Source: Mobula hypostoma (taxonomy: Eukaryota). Taken from it: 64,000 nucleotides of DNA. The stretch lies in assembly GCF_963921235.1 (NCBI RefSeq), contig NC_086097.1:70558001-70622000 (forward strand), in the 5' to 3' direction. Positions 50,481-64,000 of the stretch are shown here, one piece after another. Under the pieces are notes generated by a model. That model worked only from the letters and a program-made list of their open reading frames with translations, was not told the DNA's origin and searched no databases. The translations under genes were made by a program, and so were the position numbers. Positions within the stretch are counted from its first letter, which is position 1; each line of letters begins with the position of its first letter.

Positions 50481-50831
50481 ACTCACAGCGATAACCAGTG
50501 TTGTTTGCAGGTGTTTACTGTGGGCAAATTAGATGAAATGTTTAGTAACCACCATCCATGAGCAGTCTGTGCTTGTAAAGTACTTTAGGATATCCTGAGC
50601 TTTAAAAAGGTGCTACATACATGCAGATGATCTTTTTATAGATATCCTGTTTGGCATATCTAAGAGAATATAGAATTATGACTGCTTTATTTCATGGATG
50701 CAACATAATGAAATGCACATATGATTTTCATAGTCTGAAGATCTGTTGATAGTCTTCACTTGAAAATGGAGACAATTAGGAACCACAGTCTCCCTTTTCT
50801 TTTGTCGGCTCTGCAGTTCTTTTGCTTATAG

Positions 50832-50846
50832 TATCAGCTAAACAAG
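50832..50846 (+). other. Candidate 15-nt microexon
   Basis: Long pyrimidine tract with UGC, then TAG|TATCAGCTAAACAAG|GTAAGG. Confidence 0.3.
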
Positions 50847-53489
50847 GTAAGGTTAAGTTGAACTAATCTCAGACTCACACGTTCAACATTTTCTAGAGGT
50901 TTAGGTCATCTAATAAAAATATTATCTAAGATTTTTATTATGTTTCCCTGTCCTTGTATATCATTTGCTTACTCCAACAATGGCCAAAGTAATTACTTCC
51001 TTACGTATCTGACCTGCCTTCTGAAAGTGGCAGTCAAATGATGGATCTAAACTACTGAAGAGAACATGCAAATTCTCTATTCAAAAGTGATCTTTTAAAA
51101 TCGTTGTTGAATGTTAAATTTATCCGGTACTGCATTAGACATTTGTTTACATCTCAGCCACAGTTTCCAGTGATTAAAATATCCAGCAATAACTAATGAA
51201 AATGCTGTTAAGAAGGCTGTAATTATCCTAACGGCCTCTGCCCAGCTATGATCCATAGACCTTTATCTTTCTCTCTGCTAACCATGGAAATGCAAACATG
51301 AAACATGTGGAAATAATGACCAGACAATGGCACCAATGGGAATTAATCCTAATACTTTTTCTTAAATTGGATTGTGACAATATCTTTTACTTAGCAATTA
51401 GCAGATTGTGCTGTTTTCTTTGGCTTCCTATTACCAAAATATCACTGATCTATAAAGGCCTTTGATGTGTCTTCCTGAGCCAGTCCGCCTTAATAAACCA
51501 CTTTATTTTCCCTAAATGTTATTTGATACCAATTAAAGTTGTTTACAATGGAGACTAAATAATTAAATATGTACCATGTTATTATCTTCTTCAGGTTTTC
51601 TTCATGATATTGTTGTAGTAGTTTCTGTGAACAGAATACTATTTTATGTTTATGATCAAAACCAATTAATTAGATCTTAACCTCCTTTTACAATATTTTC
51701 CTCACATTTAATGTATAATCATAATTGTGCATGTTGTGTGATTACAGTTCCTTCTCTCTTCAGTATTTTCAAACAACTATTGTGCACACACAAAGATAAA
51801 AAGTTAGATTAAAGCCTCAGTTTCATTTTTAAATAGATTAGGACTTAACATCTACTTTCAGTGAGCAGTTAAGCTTTTAGAAAAGTGAAAAGGCAAAATG
51901 TTTGGAGGAAGACATCATAAGTATCATCTATTATTTGAAATGGAACATTTGTCAGAGTTATATTTAATTCAGCATGTTCATTTTCTCTGGGGTCTGATTT
52001 GAGAACTACATTTTTCTGTGATAGCCTGTCTTGAGCTGCTCATTTCTAACGTTACTGGAAGTACAATAAATATCCAGTTAATTTCAGAATTTTTGTTGTT
52101 TATACTGCATTTTTAATGCGTGCTAGATTTCATCAGCTCCTGTAAACTTAGTACTTTTGACAAATGCTCTACATTAGTGGATAGTACATACTAACTGTGT
52201 CAGTGTAGAAATACAATTATTTACCAAAGCTGATCACGGACCTTCAATATGTAACAATAAGACTATGTAACAAATAATATTTCAATCAGTTTATGACTTA
52301 ATCTCTGATTCGAATCAGAATTTCGGGCTTTCTATTCTAGAATATTGAAAGTGCATGATTGCCATTTCATGATTTTTTTAAAAAGATTCTGAATATTTCT
52401 GTATGTGATTAAGAATCTTTAAAGTAAGCTGTTTCTGATGCAATAAGCCATTGACCCTCAGAACCAGGGCATAGGCTGCAACATTCATATTAGCAAAGCT
52501 TCCATGGTAGAATACCTGGCCCATTCTCATTGTCTTTAGAATCCACGTTAGTGGTTTGTTTATCTGTACATTGTTAGGATTGACATGAGGTACACACGAC
52601 TGAAACATAGTGGGAAATGCAGTAAACTGGACACTTGTTATCCAGTATTAATGCAGCAGTTATTCACATGCAACCGGCAATATTTTTGAGTAAGCCATAA
52701 ACACCTCAGCCCTTTGTCTTTGACTCACCAAAGTTCTACTGAACTTAATGCAATGCCTTGGAAGTATCCAGAACACAGCAAAAAGAAATCACAGCCCTTT
52801 TGCTTCGAGAAATAAGTCATTTTACTTTAGGTGATGACTTAGCCCATGCTAGGCTTTACCTCAAAGTCTACGTATATCCTATATAAAATTATTTTGTTTT
52901 ATGAAAATAAGCTTAGAATGAACTTTATTGCCACCTCATGTGAGTATAGTCATTCAATTTTTTAATATTATTTGCATTACTACTGTATAACTTTTAAATG
53001 TAGAATTGCAGTGCAAAATATTGTTACTTAAAGGGTAAGGAAATAACATATTTCGGCAACTCATTTCAAGGTTTATGTACAGAATGCTATGTGTGACGTA
53101 CAGTATTTTTTATTGTACAATTCTCTTGCAATTGGCATATTCATGCGTCTGGTCGCACTTTTACCTGTGGATGCAGAATGGCTGAGAGTACTAGAAATAC
53201 CTGAAAATAGAGCATTGAATTGGATCACTGATCTTACTTACAATTTTAATTTACTGGAACAGTAACATTTAATCTACATTCCGCTGCACAGTAACCCAAT
53301 TGCATAACTTGTTCCAGAGATTATTCATCGAAATGGATGAAAGTATAACAGAGCAGAAGTCCTATATGTGTTTGATTAAGCAGGAATAAGGAAAATATTC
53401 CCGGGTTTGGTAGATCTGTCTCACAGAAGAAAGAAAATGATCAATGTCTTATTTTAAGCTAAGTATTTGAATAAACCAAAAACATGAGG

Positions 53490-54310
53490 TTCACCATCAC
53501 ATGAAACCCACACACTACAGTTATCACCAGCGCACAGACCTCACACATGGAAACTACAGTTAAGCAAAAAGAGTTTTACACCAACCTTGAGCGATCCACA
53601 GCCTGCCTTACAATGGGAGACAAACTGATTCTTTGTAACAACTTATTGGTGGCAGAATTTGTTGGACTTGAACCTCTGGAAAGGCTTCCTTGGCAAAGAA
53701 GGAGTAGGGAGAACTATCTTCATGTGACCCTGTCCAGACATTTGCACTTGTCATTGTCTGAGTGAGAGCCAGCATGGATGTTCAGATTCCCTGTGCCATG
53801 AAGCTGCCAATGACTCCTTGGCCAAATACCTCCCAATCTGCATGATCACTCAGAAAATCAAATGGCATTTAAATGGTGTCAATACTGCATCAGGAAAAAG
53901 ATAACATTCCTATAATGAATACTGTGCTCAACCAGTAGGTCTTGCAGAGTGTTTTTGTACCTGGTCTGTTGTGACATCTATTATGATTAACACCTGTGAA
54001 TTCTTAAACAAATACCACTGATGTTGTTCTGATGAGAACAGCCAGAAAATCCAGAGGTAATTCAACACAGATAGAAAACTTCCTGGAATTACAGTCATGA
54101 CTGAAGAGAAACGAAACAGATCAATGGACATCTGAAGATCAAGATCTAAAAAAACTCATGATTCATAGTACAGGCTAGAGGCCAACACATCCAGACAACC
54201 ATAAGTACGGCCAATGCCAGCTCTGGCCCAAACACCCAATGCTCCACCCTGCAGAAAACCTGAATCAAGGAAGAGTTTATCCCAGTTGAAAAGGTCTTCC
54301 AATAGCAAAT
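53490..54310 (+). mobile_element. Highly decayed RTE-type endonuclease/linker fragment
   Basis: KQKEFYTNLE....GDKLIL resembles the RTE APE KE.FY..L....DKLIILGDFN motif. Confidence 0.45.
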
Positions 54311-54315
54311 GATGG

Positions 54316-55048
54316 TCAAAATGGCGCCAAGCTACAACCTCTGTTGAGGTCATGGCTCAGAATTACTTGTTTTAATTTTTTTTAGCTTTTTTACGGATGG
54401 TTTTGGGGACAAAGGGGGAGCTGGGGTCAGGTTAGAGTTTAGGGACAGGGATGTTAGGGAATTAGAGGACAAGCCAGAGTTTAAGCCTCCACTCTATGTT
54501 CAAAGGCGACCAATGTGGATGGGGTTGGATGTCGGGCAGGGAGACTAGTGAGGACATTCAGGGTTCTGTCATGGCGAGTCTGGAGTTTGAGGCCTGAACT
54601 TCAGGTCCTTATCCAGGGACCTCATTCATTGGTATCAGCTAGTCCTGGGTTGAAACCAAAGATTGAAGCCTGAAGCTCGATCAGAAGTCCAGATGTTGAG
54701 GTACAATAGCTGGAGTTCCTGAGTCTGTGAAACTCTGTGTGACCGCTGGGGAAGTTGAAGACCTCATGGCTGGATTCCGTTTGCCTGCAGACTGCTGCGG
54801 GCTTGTTCTTGCCGACAACATCCATGCAACCATCAATCCACAGAAAACGACACTCAGGGACTTGGGCTACGTTATATATTTTTTGTGTGACTGTATGTTT
54901 GCTGCTATCTTACATGTGCCATGTGCTATGATGACTGTTGGTACTGTGTTTTGCACCTTGGCCCTAGAGGAACACTGGTTCATTTGGCTTATCCATGGGT
55001 ATTCATGTATGGTAGATTGGCAATTAAACTTCAACGTGAACTTGAATT
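54316..55048 (+). mobile_element. Non-autonomous Rex1-type element
   Basis: Starts caaaatggcgcc; ends gttttgcaccttggccctagaggaacactg...caattaaacttcaacgtgaacttgaa tail. Confidence 0.55.
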
Positions 55049-55074
55049 AATATATTTTAGCAGGCGCTAATAGC

Positions 55075-58000
55075 AGACCATAAGACTATAAGACATTGGA
55101 GCAGAAGTAGGCCATTTGGCCCATCATGTCTTCTTAGCTATTTCATAATTGCTGATCCATATTCCCTCTCAGACAAAATCTCCTGTGTTCCTTCATGCCC
55201 TGAGGTCTATCAACCTCTGCTTTAAATATACCCAATGACTTGCCTTCCACAGCCACCTGTGGCAACAAATTCCACAGATTCACCATTTTCATAACCGTTC
55301 TAAAAGGATGCCCTTTTATAATGAGGGTGTCCTCTGGTCTTAGACTCTCCCACCAGAAGAAACACCATCTCCACATCCACTCTACTGAGGCCTTTTAACA
55401 TTCGATAGGTTTCAATGAGGTCACCCATTATCCTTCTGAATTCCGGTGAGTAGAGGCCCAGAGCCGTTAAATGCTCTTCATATGACAAGCTGCTTAATCT
55501 GGAATCATTCTTGTGAACTTCTTTTGAACCCACTCCAATGTCAGCACATCTTTTCTTGGATAAGGGGTCCAAAACTGCTCACAATCCTCCAAGTGAGGCC
55601 TCACCAGTGCTTTATAAAGCCTCAACATTACATCCTTGCTTTTATATTCCAGTCCTCTTGAAATGAATGCTAACATCATATTTGCTTTCCTCACCACCAA
55701 CACAACCTGCAAATTAACCTTTAGGCAATCCTGCACAAAGACTCCTAAGTTCCTTTGCACCTCAGAGTTTTGAATTTTCTCTTTATTTAGAAAATAGTCT
55801 ACCCTTTTACTTCTACCAAAGTGCATGACCATACACTTCCCGACACTATATTCCATCTGCCACTTCTTTGCCCATTCTCCTAATCTATCTAAGTCCGTCT
55901 ATAGCCTCTATACTTCCTCAAAACTACCTGCCCCTACAGCTATCTTCGTATTGTCCGCAAACTTGGCCACAAAGCCATCAATTCCGTCATCCAAGTCATT
56001 GACATATAATGTAAAAAGTAGTAGTCCCAACACAGACCCCTGTGGAGCACCACTAGTCACCAGCAGGCAATCAGAAAAGGCTGTCTTTATTCCAACTCTT
56101 TGCCTGCTGCTAATCAGCCACTGCTTTATCCATGCTAGAATCTTTCAGGTAATACTATGGGCTCTTAACTTGCCAAGCAGTCTCATGTGTGTTACCTTGT
56201 CAAAGGCCTTCTGAAAATCCAATTCACAACATCCATTGATTCTCCTTTGTCTATCCTGCTTGTTATTTCTTCAAAGAATTCCAACAGATTTGTCATGCAA
56301 GATTTCTCTTAAGGAAACCATGCTGACTTTGGCCTGTTTTATCTTGAACCTCCAAGTATCCCCAAACCACATACTTATCAATAGGCTCCAACACCTTCCT
56401 AACCACTGAGGTCAGACTAATTGCCTTTCTTCTGTCTCTGTCTCTTCTTGAAGAGTGGAGTACACTTGCAATTTTCCACTCCCCTAGAACTATGCCAGAA
56501 TCTAGTGAGTCTTGGAAGATCATTACTAATGCCTCCATAACCAACCACCTCTTTCAGAACCCTGGGGTGCACACTATCTAGTGCAGGTGACTTAGCTATC
56601 TTCTGACCTTTAAGTTTCCCAAGAACCTTCTCCCTAGTAATGGCAACTTCACATACTTCTGCTCCCTGGCACTCTCAAACTTCCAGCATTGAGTCTTCCA
56701 CAGTGAAAACTGATGCAAAATACTTATTCAGTTTGTCCACCATTTCCTTATTCTCTATTACTACCTCTCCGGCATCAATTTCCAGTGGTCCAACTTCTAC
56801 CCTTGCCTCTCTTTTGCACTTTATATATCTGAAGAAACTTTTCGTATGCTCTTTAATATTTTTAGCTAGCTTACCTTTGTATTCCATCTTTTCCTTCTTC
56901 ATGACGTTTTAGTTGCTCCCTGTTGGTTTTTAAAAGCTTCCCAATCCTCTAACTTCCCACTAATTTTTACTCTGTTATATGCTCTCTCATGGGTTTTTAT
57001 GTTGGCTTTGACTTCTCTTGGCAGCCACGGTCGTATCATCCTGCCTTTAGAATACTTCTTCCTCTTTGCGCCTTTGAATTGCCTGAGAAATTCTAGACAT
57101 TGCTTCTCTGCTGTCAATCCTGCCAGTGTTCTTTTCCATTCAATTTTGGCCAGCTCCTCTCTCTCATGCCTCTGTAAGTGCCTTTACTCCACAGTAAGTA
57201 CCAGAGGGTTGGAAGATTTGCAAACATTGTTCCGTTGTTCAGGAAAGGGAGTAGAGATAATCCAGAAAATTATAGACCAGTGAGTCTGACTTCAGTGGTG
57301 GGCAAGTTGTTGGAGAAGATCCTGAGAGGCAGGATTTATGAGCATTTGGAGAGACATAATCTGCTAGTCAGCATGGCTTTGTCAAGGGCAGGTTGTGCTT
57401 TATGAAACTGATTGAATTCTTTGAGGATGTAACAAAACACGTCGATGAAGATAGAACAGTGGATGTAGTGTATATGGATTTCAGTAAGGCATTTGATAAG
57501 GTTCCTCATGCAAGGCACATTCAGAAAATAATGAGGCATGGGATCTAAGGAAACTTTGCTTTGTGGATCCAGAACTGGCTTGCTCACGGAATGCAAATAG
57601 TGGTTGCAGATGGTTTATACGGAGGTTGGTGACCTGTGCTGTTCTGCAAAGGTATTCTGGGACCCCTCTTCTTTGTGATTTTTATAAATGACCTGGATGA
57701 AGATGTAGAATTGTGGGTTAGTAAGTTTGCTGATGACACAAATGTTGGGGGTGTTGTGGATAGTCTGGAGGGTTATCAGAGGTTACAGCATGACATTGAT
57801 AGAATGCAGAACTGGACTGAGAAGTGGCAGATGGAGTTCAATCCAGATGGTTGTGAAGTGGTTTATTTCAGTAGGTCAAATTTGAAGACAGAATATTTAT
57901 TAATGGTAAGACTCTTAGCAGTGTGGAGGTTCAGAGAGACCTTGGGGTCCATGCCCTTAGGACTCTCAAAGCTGCTGCACAGGTTGACAATGTTATTAAA

Positions 58001-58962
58001 AAGACTTATGATGTGTTGACTTTTGTCAACTGTGGGATGAGTTCAGGTGCCGTGAGGTAATGTTACAGCTATATAAGACCTTATTTAGACCCCACTTGGA
58101 TACTGTGATCAGCTCACTACAGGAAGGATGTGGAAACTACAGAAAGGATGCAGAGGAGATTTACAAGGATGTTGCCCGGATTGGGGAGCATGCCTTATGA
58201 GAATAGGTTGGGTGAACTTGGCCTTTTCTCCTTGGAGTGATGGAGGATGAGAGGTGACCTGGTAGAGGTGTATAAGATGATGAAAGGCATCGATCTTGTG
58301 GAGAGCCAGAGGACGTTTCTCAGGGCTGAAATGGCTAACACGAGGGGCATAGTTTTAAGGTGCTTGGAAATAGGTACAAGGGGGATGTCAGAGATAAGTT
58401 TTTCACCCAGAGCGTGGTGGATGTGTAGAATGCACCGCCAGCGAACATGGTAGAGGTGGATACAATAGGGTCTTTTAAGAGACTCTTAGATAGATACATG
58501 GAGCTTAGAAAAATAGAGGGCAATGCAGTAGGGAAATTCTAGGCATTTTCTGGCGTAGGTTACATGGTCGGCACAATATAGTGGGCTGCATGGCCTGTAA
58601 TGTACTGCAGATTTCTATGTTCTATGTTTTTCAATTACTGATACATCTGACTTTAGCTTCTCCTTCTCAAATTGCAGGGTGAATTCTATCATATTCTGAT
58701 CACTGGTCCTTCAGGGTTCCTTTACCTTAAGCTTTCTAATCAATTCCCGTTCATTGTACAATACTCATTCCAAAATAGCTGATCCCCTAGTGGGCTCAAC
58801 CATCAGTTGCTCTAAAGAGCCTTCTCATAGGCATTCTAGAAAATCCCCCTCTTGGATCCAGCACCAAACTGTTTCTCCAATTTACGTGGATATTGAATTC
58901 CCCCATGATTATTGTAAAATTGCCCTTTGGCATACAATTTTTATCTCCCATTGTAATTTGTA
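55075..58962 (-). mobile_element. CR1 LINE ORF2 (5'-truncated), split by a plus-strand CR1
   Basis: Tail agaccataagactataagac; RLYKALVRPHLE; host resumes at ~58633 and continues ccctttactccac.gtaa|tactgatacatctgac. Confidence 0.92.
57198..58628 (+). mobile_element. CR1 LINE (different subfamily) nested in opposite orientation
   Basis: ANIVPLFRKG..NYRPVSLTSVVGK, FINDLD..SKFADDT; (TTCTATG)n tail. Confidence 0.92.
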
Positions 58963-59133
58963 ATTAATTCAACTTATGTCAAAAATCTCTTCTGAAAAAT
59001 ACCAAAAAGAAACTTTTACCACAAGGCTGTTCATTTAATTTACCTTTGCCATCATTTGCATCCATGGTCAGCTTCCACTTGACGGTACAAGATCCCCTCC
59101 TTATCTACATTTTACTGTGTGGATCAGGAAATA

Positions 59134-59935
59134 TAGTGGATTCTGGCTAATCAAGTCATCGGTTAATTGGGGCAGCCGTTTATTTGCGCTAACTGTTAAA
59201 GAAAACAACTAAATTGTTAAACTGGCCGGGATTGTCTTTGTTTACTTGGGACACTGTATCGCTTAATTGGGACAGGAGACTTGCCGAACAGTTTCTAACT
59301 AGCGTCATTTGCGTGCGCTTGTGTGGCCGTTAGACACAATACTGTGCTTACAGCGAACAGTTTTTAAACAGCATCAATTGCGTATGTTTGTGTCAAAAAG
59401 CAGTGAATTTTGTAACTGTCAGTTGAGCAAAAAATAAGCAACAATACAATTCGGAACTGTTTTGCTTACTGTGGTTTGGAAATGCTGGAGACGGCCATCA
59501 GACATTACAGAGAGAACAATTGTTAAATAGCATCATTTGCGTGTGCTTGTTGTCCACTCTATTATTCATTTTGGCCTACAGACGCCGATTCAAAGCGGTG
59601 ATTTTAGATTACTTTTTTTTAAGTTTTGACTTTATGCTGAAAGGCAATAAAAGTAGTCTATTATCTGCACTGATTTTGTTTATTTACAGTCAATCAAAAG
59701 AATATGGCAACGATAAATTCTTCCGTCAGAACTAATACACAGTTTTATAATACTGGTAGTGTTCTAATTAGTTCTGCATTTCATTTAAATGCATAATTTG
59801 TTACTCAGTTAAACGGTCGTTGGTCTTTGTTGTGTCTTTTAACTATTTCCTTGAAATTTTGCCTAGTAAGGGCAGCCGTTTAATTGGGCCAAAATGCACT
59901 ATTCCCCATGCGTCCCAGTTAAATGAAATCCACTT
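59134..59935 (+). mobile_element. Tc1/mariner-Tigger-like non-autonomous DNA transposon
   Basis: TA then tagtggattctggctaat at the left end, ttaaatgaaatccact at the right end; subterminal gggcagccgttta twice; internal agc.tca.ttgcgt repeated three times. Confidence 0.65.
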
Positions 59936-60077
59936 TTACATGATTTTGCTACAAAATATTTTAGCAAATCTTCTTACATTTCAGTAGATGGCAGTCTATT
60001 CCACAAGTTGAAATTAGATTGATGAACAATATTAATCATTGGGATAGATATTACCTAAATAAATGAATAAATAAGAT

Positions 60078-60191
60078 ATCAGAATCAGAATCAGGTTTAA
60101 CGTCACGAGATATGTCATGAAACTTCCTAACTTTGTGGCAGCAGTACAATGCAATACATGATAAATATAGAAATAAGCTGAATTATAGTAA

Positions 60192-60239
<48 letters not shown>

Positions 60240-60540
60240 ATTAAATAGTTAAATTAAAACAAGTAGTGCAAAAACAGAAATTTTAAAAAGTAGTGAGGTA
60301 GGGCTCATGGGTTCAATGTCTACTTGGAAATGGGATGGCAGAGGGGAAGAAGCTGTTCCTGAATCACTGACTGTGTGCCTTCAGGCTTCTGTACCGCCTT
60401 CCTGATGGTAACAGTGAGAAGAGGGCATGTCCTGGCTGATGGGTATCCTTAATGATGGATACTACAGAGGCTAGTACCCATGATGGAGCTGACGAATTTT
60501 ACAACTTTCTGCAGCCTACTATGATCCAGTGCAGTAGCTC
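60078..60540 (-). mobile_element. Rex1/Babar 3' end containing a (TG)n
   Basis: Closely similar to 35238-35670; atcagaatcagaatcagg tail. Confidence 0.85.
60199..60236. repeat. (TG)19 microsatellite
   Basis: Counted directly. Confidence 0.95.
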
Positions 60541-60961
60541 CAGTATTAAAAATGCTCATTCTTGGGGTAGTTTTTGCAATGGAAAGAAATTAGAACAGAA
60601 GTAAAGATATTTAAAGTTTATTATTGGGGTTTTGTCATTCTTACATGGGTTAGAAACATGGAAAGTTCAATAATGTCATCTTTGATATAAAGGGATGCAA
60701 TTTCAAACTGCACCATTATTTGCTCTGAAGGCCAGATGCCACCTTCTCGCTCACTGACCACCTTTATGCTGCCGACTCTCTTCACTCTGTTTCTTGGCAG
60801 CTCATACCAGCAGTGAGGCACAACTTTTGAGGCAGCCTGGTTATTTACAGAGGAAAGGCATCTGTGGTTGAACATTGCGATCTGAAACATTTAACAGGGG
60901 CCGACTATGTGCACAAAGGTTTCTGAAAGCTCAAGCTCTCGTGAGAAGTAGAAAGACCAGA

Positions 60962-62544
60962 TGGGCCAGATGGAATGTACCCTCGTGTTCTGAAGGAAGT
61001 AGCTGTGGAGATTGCGGAAGCATTTGTGATGATCTTTCAAAAGTCGGTGGATTCTGGCATGGTTCCGGAGGTCTGGAAGATTGCAAATGTCACTCCGCTA
61101 TTTAAGAACGGGGCATGGAAGCAAAAAGGAAATTATAGACCTGTTAGCTTGACATCGGTGTTTGGGAAGTTGTTGGAGTCGATTGTCAAGGATGAGGTTA
61201 CAGAGTACCTGGAGGCATATGACAAGATAGGCAGAACTCAGCATGGATTCCTTAAAGGAAAATCCTGCCTGACAAACCTATTACAATTTTTTAAGGAAAT
61301 TACAAGTAGGCTAGATAAGGGAGATGCAGTGGATGTTGTATATTTGGATTTTCAGAAGGCCTTTGACAAGGTGCCACACATGAGGCTGCTTAACAAGATA
61401 AGAGCCCATGGAATTACGGGAAAGTTACATACGTGGATAGTGCATTGGCTGATTGGCAGGAAACAGAGAGTGGGAATAAAGAGATCCTATTCTGGTTGGC
61501 TGCCGGTTACCAGTGGTGTTCCACAGGGGTCCGTGTTGGGGCTGTTTCTTTTTACATTGTACGTCAACAATTTGGATTATGGAATAGATAGCTTTGTGGC
61601 TAAGTTTGCTGATGATACGAAGATAAGTGGAGGGGCCAATAGTGCTGAGAAAACGGAGAGTCTGCAGAGAGACTTGGATAGATTGGAAGAATGGGCAGAG
61701 AAGTGGCAAATGAAATACAATGTTGGAAAGTGTATGGTTCTGCACTTTGGCAGAAGAAATAAATGGGTAGACTATTATTTAAATGGGGAGAGAATTCAAA
61801 GTTCTGAGATGCAACGGGACTTGGGAATCCTCATACACGATACCCTTAAGGTTAACCTCCAGGTTGAGTCGGTGGTGAAGAAGGCGAACGCAATGTTGGC
61901 ATTCATTTCTAGAGGAATAGAGTATAGGAACAGGGGTGTGATGTTGAGGCTCTATAAGGCGGTAGTGAGACCTCACTTGGAGTACTGTGGGCAGTTTTGA
62001 GCTCCTTATTTAAGAAAGGATGTGCTGACGTTGGAGAGGGTACAGGGAAGATTCACTAGAATGATTCCAGGAATGAGAGGGTTAACATATGAGCAACGTT
62101 TGTCTGCTCTTGGGCTGTATTCCTTGGAGTTCAGAAGAATGAGGGGAGACCTCATAGAAACATTTTGAATGTTGAAAGGCATGGACAGGGTGGATGTGGC
62201 AAAGTTGTTTCCCATGATGGGGGAGTCTAGTACGAGAGGGCATGACTTAAGGATTGAAGGGCACCCATTCAAAACAGAGATACAAAGAAATTTTTTTAGC
62301 CAGAGGGTGGTGAATCTATGGAATTTGTTGCCACAGGCGGCAGTGGAGGCCAAGTCATTGGGTATATTTAAGGCAGAGATTGATAGGTATCTGAGTAGCC
62401 AGGGCATCAAAGGTTATGGTGAGAAGGCAGGGGAGTGGGACTAAATGGGAGAATGGATCAGCTCATGATAAAATGGCAGAGCAGACTCGATGAGCCGAAT
62501 GGCCGACTTCTGCTCCTTTGTCTTATGATCTTATGGTCTTATGG
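60962..62544 (+). mobile_element. 5'-truncated CR1 LINE with 341-aa open RT segment (60975-62000)
   Basis: NYRPVSLTS, QHGFLKGKSCLTNL, YLDFQKAFDKVPH, GVPQGSVLG, KFADDTK; stop at 61998-62000; (TCTTATGG)3-like tail. Confidence 0.95.
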
Positions 62545-62947
62545 ACTGTTTCTTCATGGGACAGGAGGAGGTTTAGGTACGTAGTCAGTAGAAAGTAGTA
62601 AGTGATAACTGTAGGAAGAGCATAGACCCAATGATCTTACCACATTACATCGAGAAGCTTAAAAATATCACATGGGCTCTCAACATGAACACAGTATGAT
62701 AGCTGACCAGCTGCACCACACGTCTCAGCCACTCCTCAGTTTGTCACCAGTGCAACAACGCTACCAATGTTCTTTCATATCCAACCTGTTCTATCATATA
62801 GAAAATGCTCGTTCATATAATGAATGCTACCTCGTTATATGTCTTTTACACTATTTATTTACTTCTGTACCTTATAGAAATTTTTATGTCTTACACTATA
62901 CTGCTGTCATAAAAACAACAAATTTCATGAGATATGTCAGAGATAAT

Positions 62948-64000
62948 AATTGAATTGACTTTATTACTTACCTCCTTCACATACACGAGGGGTAAAAATC
63001 TTTACGTTACGTCTCCGTCTAAGTGTGCAATGTGCAAATTATAGTAATTTGTAATAAATATTATGTACAACAGGACAGTCAATATAACATAGAAATACAA
63101 TTGTATCAGCATGAATTAATCAGTCTGATGGCCTGGTGGAAGAAGCTGTCCTGGAGCCTGTTGGTCCTGGCTTTTATGTTTCGGTACCGTTTCCCAGATG
63201 GTAGCAGCTGGAACAGTTTGTGGTTGGGGTGACTTGGGTCCTCAATGATCCTTCGGGCCCTTTTTACACACCTCTTTCTGTAAATGTCCTGAATAATGGG
63301 AAGTTCACATCTACAGATGCCCTGGGCTGTCCGTACCACTCTCTGCAGAGCCCTATGATTGAGGGGAGTACAGTTCCCCTACCAAGCAGTGATGCAGCCA
63401 GTCAGGATGCTCTCAATTATGCCCCTGTAGAAAATCCTTAGGATTTGGGGACCCATCCCAAACTTCTTCAACCATCTGAGGTGAAAGAAGTGCTGTTGTG
63501 CTTTTCTCATCATGTATGTACAGACCACAGAGATCCTCTGTGATGTGTATGCCGAGGAACTTAAAGCTGTTCACCCTCTTAACCCCAGATCCATTGATGT
63601 CAATAGGGATTAGCCTGTCTCCATTCCTCCTGCAATCCACAACCAGCTCCTTTGTTTTTGTGACGTTGAGAGGAGGTTGTTTTCTTGACACCACTGTGTC
63701 AGGGTGATGATTTCTTCTCTGTAAGCCTCCTTGTTATTATTTGAGATAAGGCCAATCAATTAGTATCAACAGCAAATTTAATTGGTAGATTGGAGCTGTG
63801 GGTAGCAACACAATCATGGGTATATAGGGAGTAAAGGAGGGGACTTAGTGCATGGCCCTGAGGGACTCCTATGTTGAGAGTCAGAGGGGTGGAGGTGAGG
63901 GAGACCACTCTTACCACCTGCCGGTGATCTGACAGGAAGTCCAGGATACAGCTACACAAGGCAGGGTGAAGGCCGAGGTCTCTGAGCTTCTTGTTGAGCC
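62948..64000 (-). mobile_element. Rex1/Babar LINE RT to 3' end (runs off window)
   Basis: ILDFLSD.RQVVRV..GVPQG..LSPLLYSLYTHDC, LNVTKTKELVVD, LLPSGKRYR..SFFHQAIRLIN; (TCAAT)n tail. Confidence 0.9.

Noticed and set aside
60975..62000. 341-aa ORF as a host gene or active RT
   Set aside because: It is a 5'-truncated CR1 ORF2 with no endonuclease and with downstream stops.

Overview
Vertebrate, AT-rich, repeat-dense DNA from a gene desert or very large intron. The repeat repertoire (CR1, Rex1/Babar, RTE, tRNA/V-SINE-like SINEs, Penelope-derived short repeats) suggests a cartilaginous fish, probably a batoid; this is inference. No host protein-coding exon could be confirmed. Almost every recognisable ORF is a decayed transposon fragment: several CR1 LINEs, Rex1/Babar and RTE pieces, a degenerate Mag-like Gypsy LTR element, a solo LTR, a Tc1 derivative and two Tigger/pogo derivatives. 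The most notable signals are RNA-structural. (1) A young, TSD-flanked 566-bp non-autonomous RTE-type element whose first nucleotide is G1 of a predicted HDV-like ribozyme with an unusual hairpin inserted in L3. (2) A family of short Penelope-derived insertions carrying minimal hammerhead ribozyme motifs. Also notable: a Tigger element closely resembling mammalian MER2 that keeps a transposase fragment (horizontal-transfer candidate), an RTE with twin-priming geometry, a multi-element nested insertion stack, and a candidate 15-nt microexon. Family assignments are from recall of motifs, not database searches, and most boundaries of old repeats are approximate.
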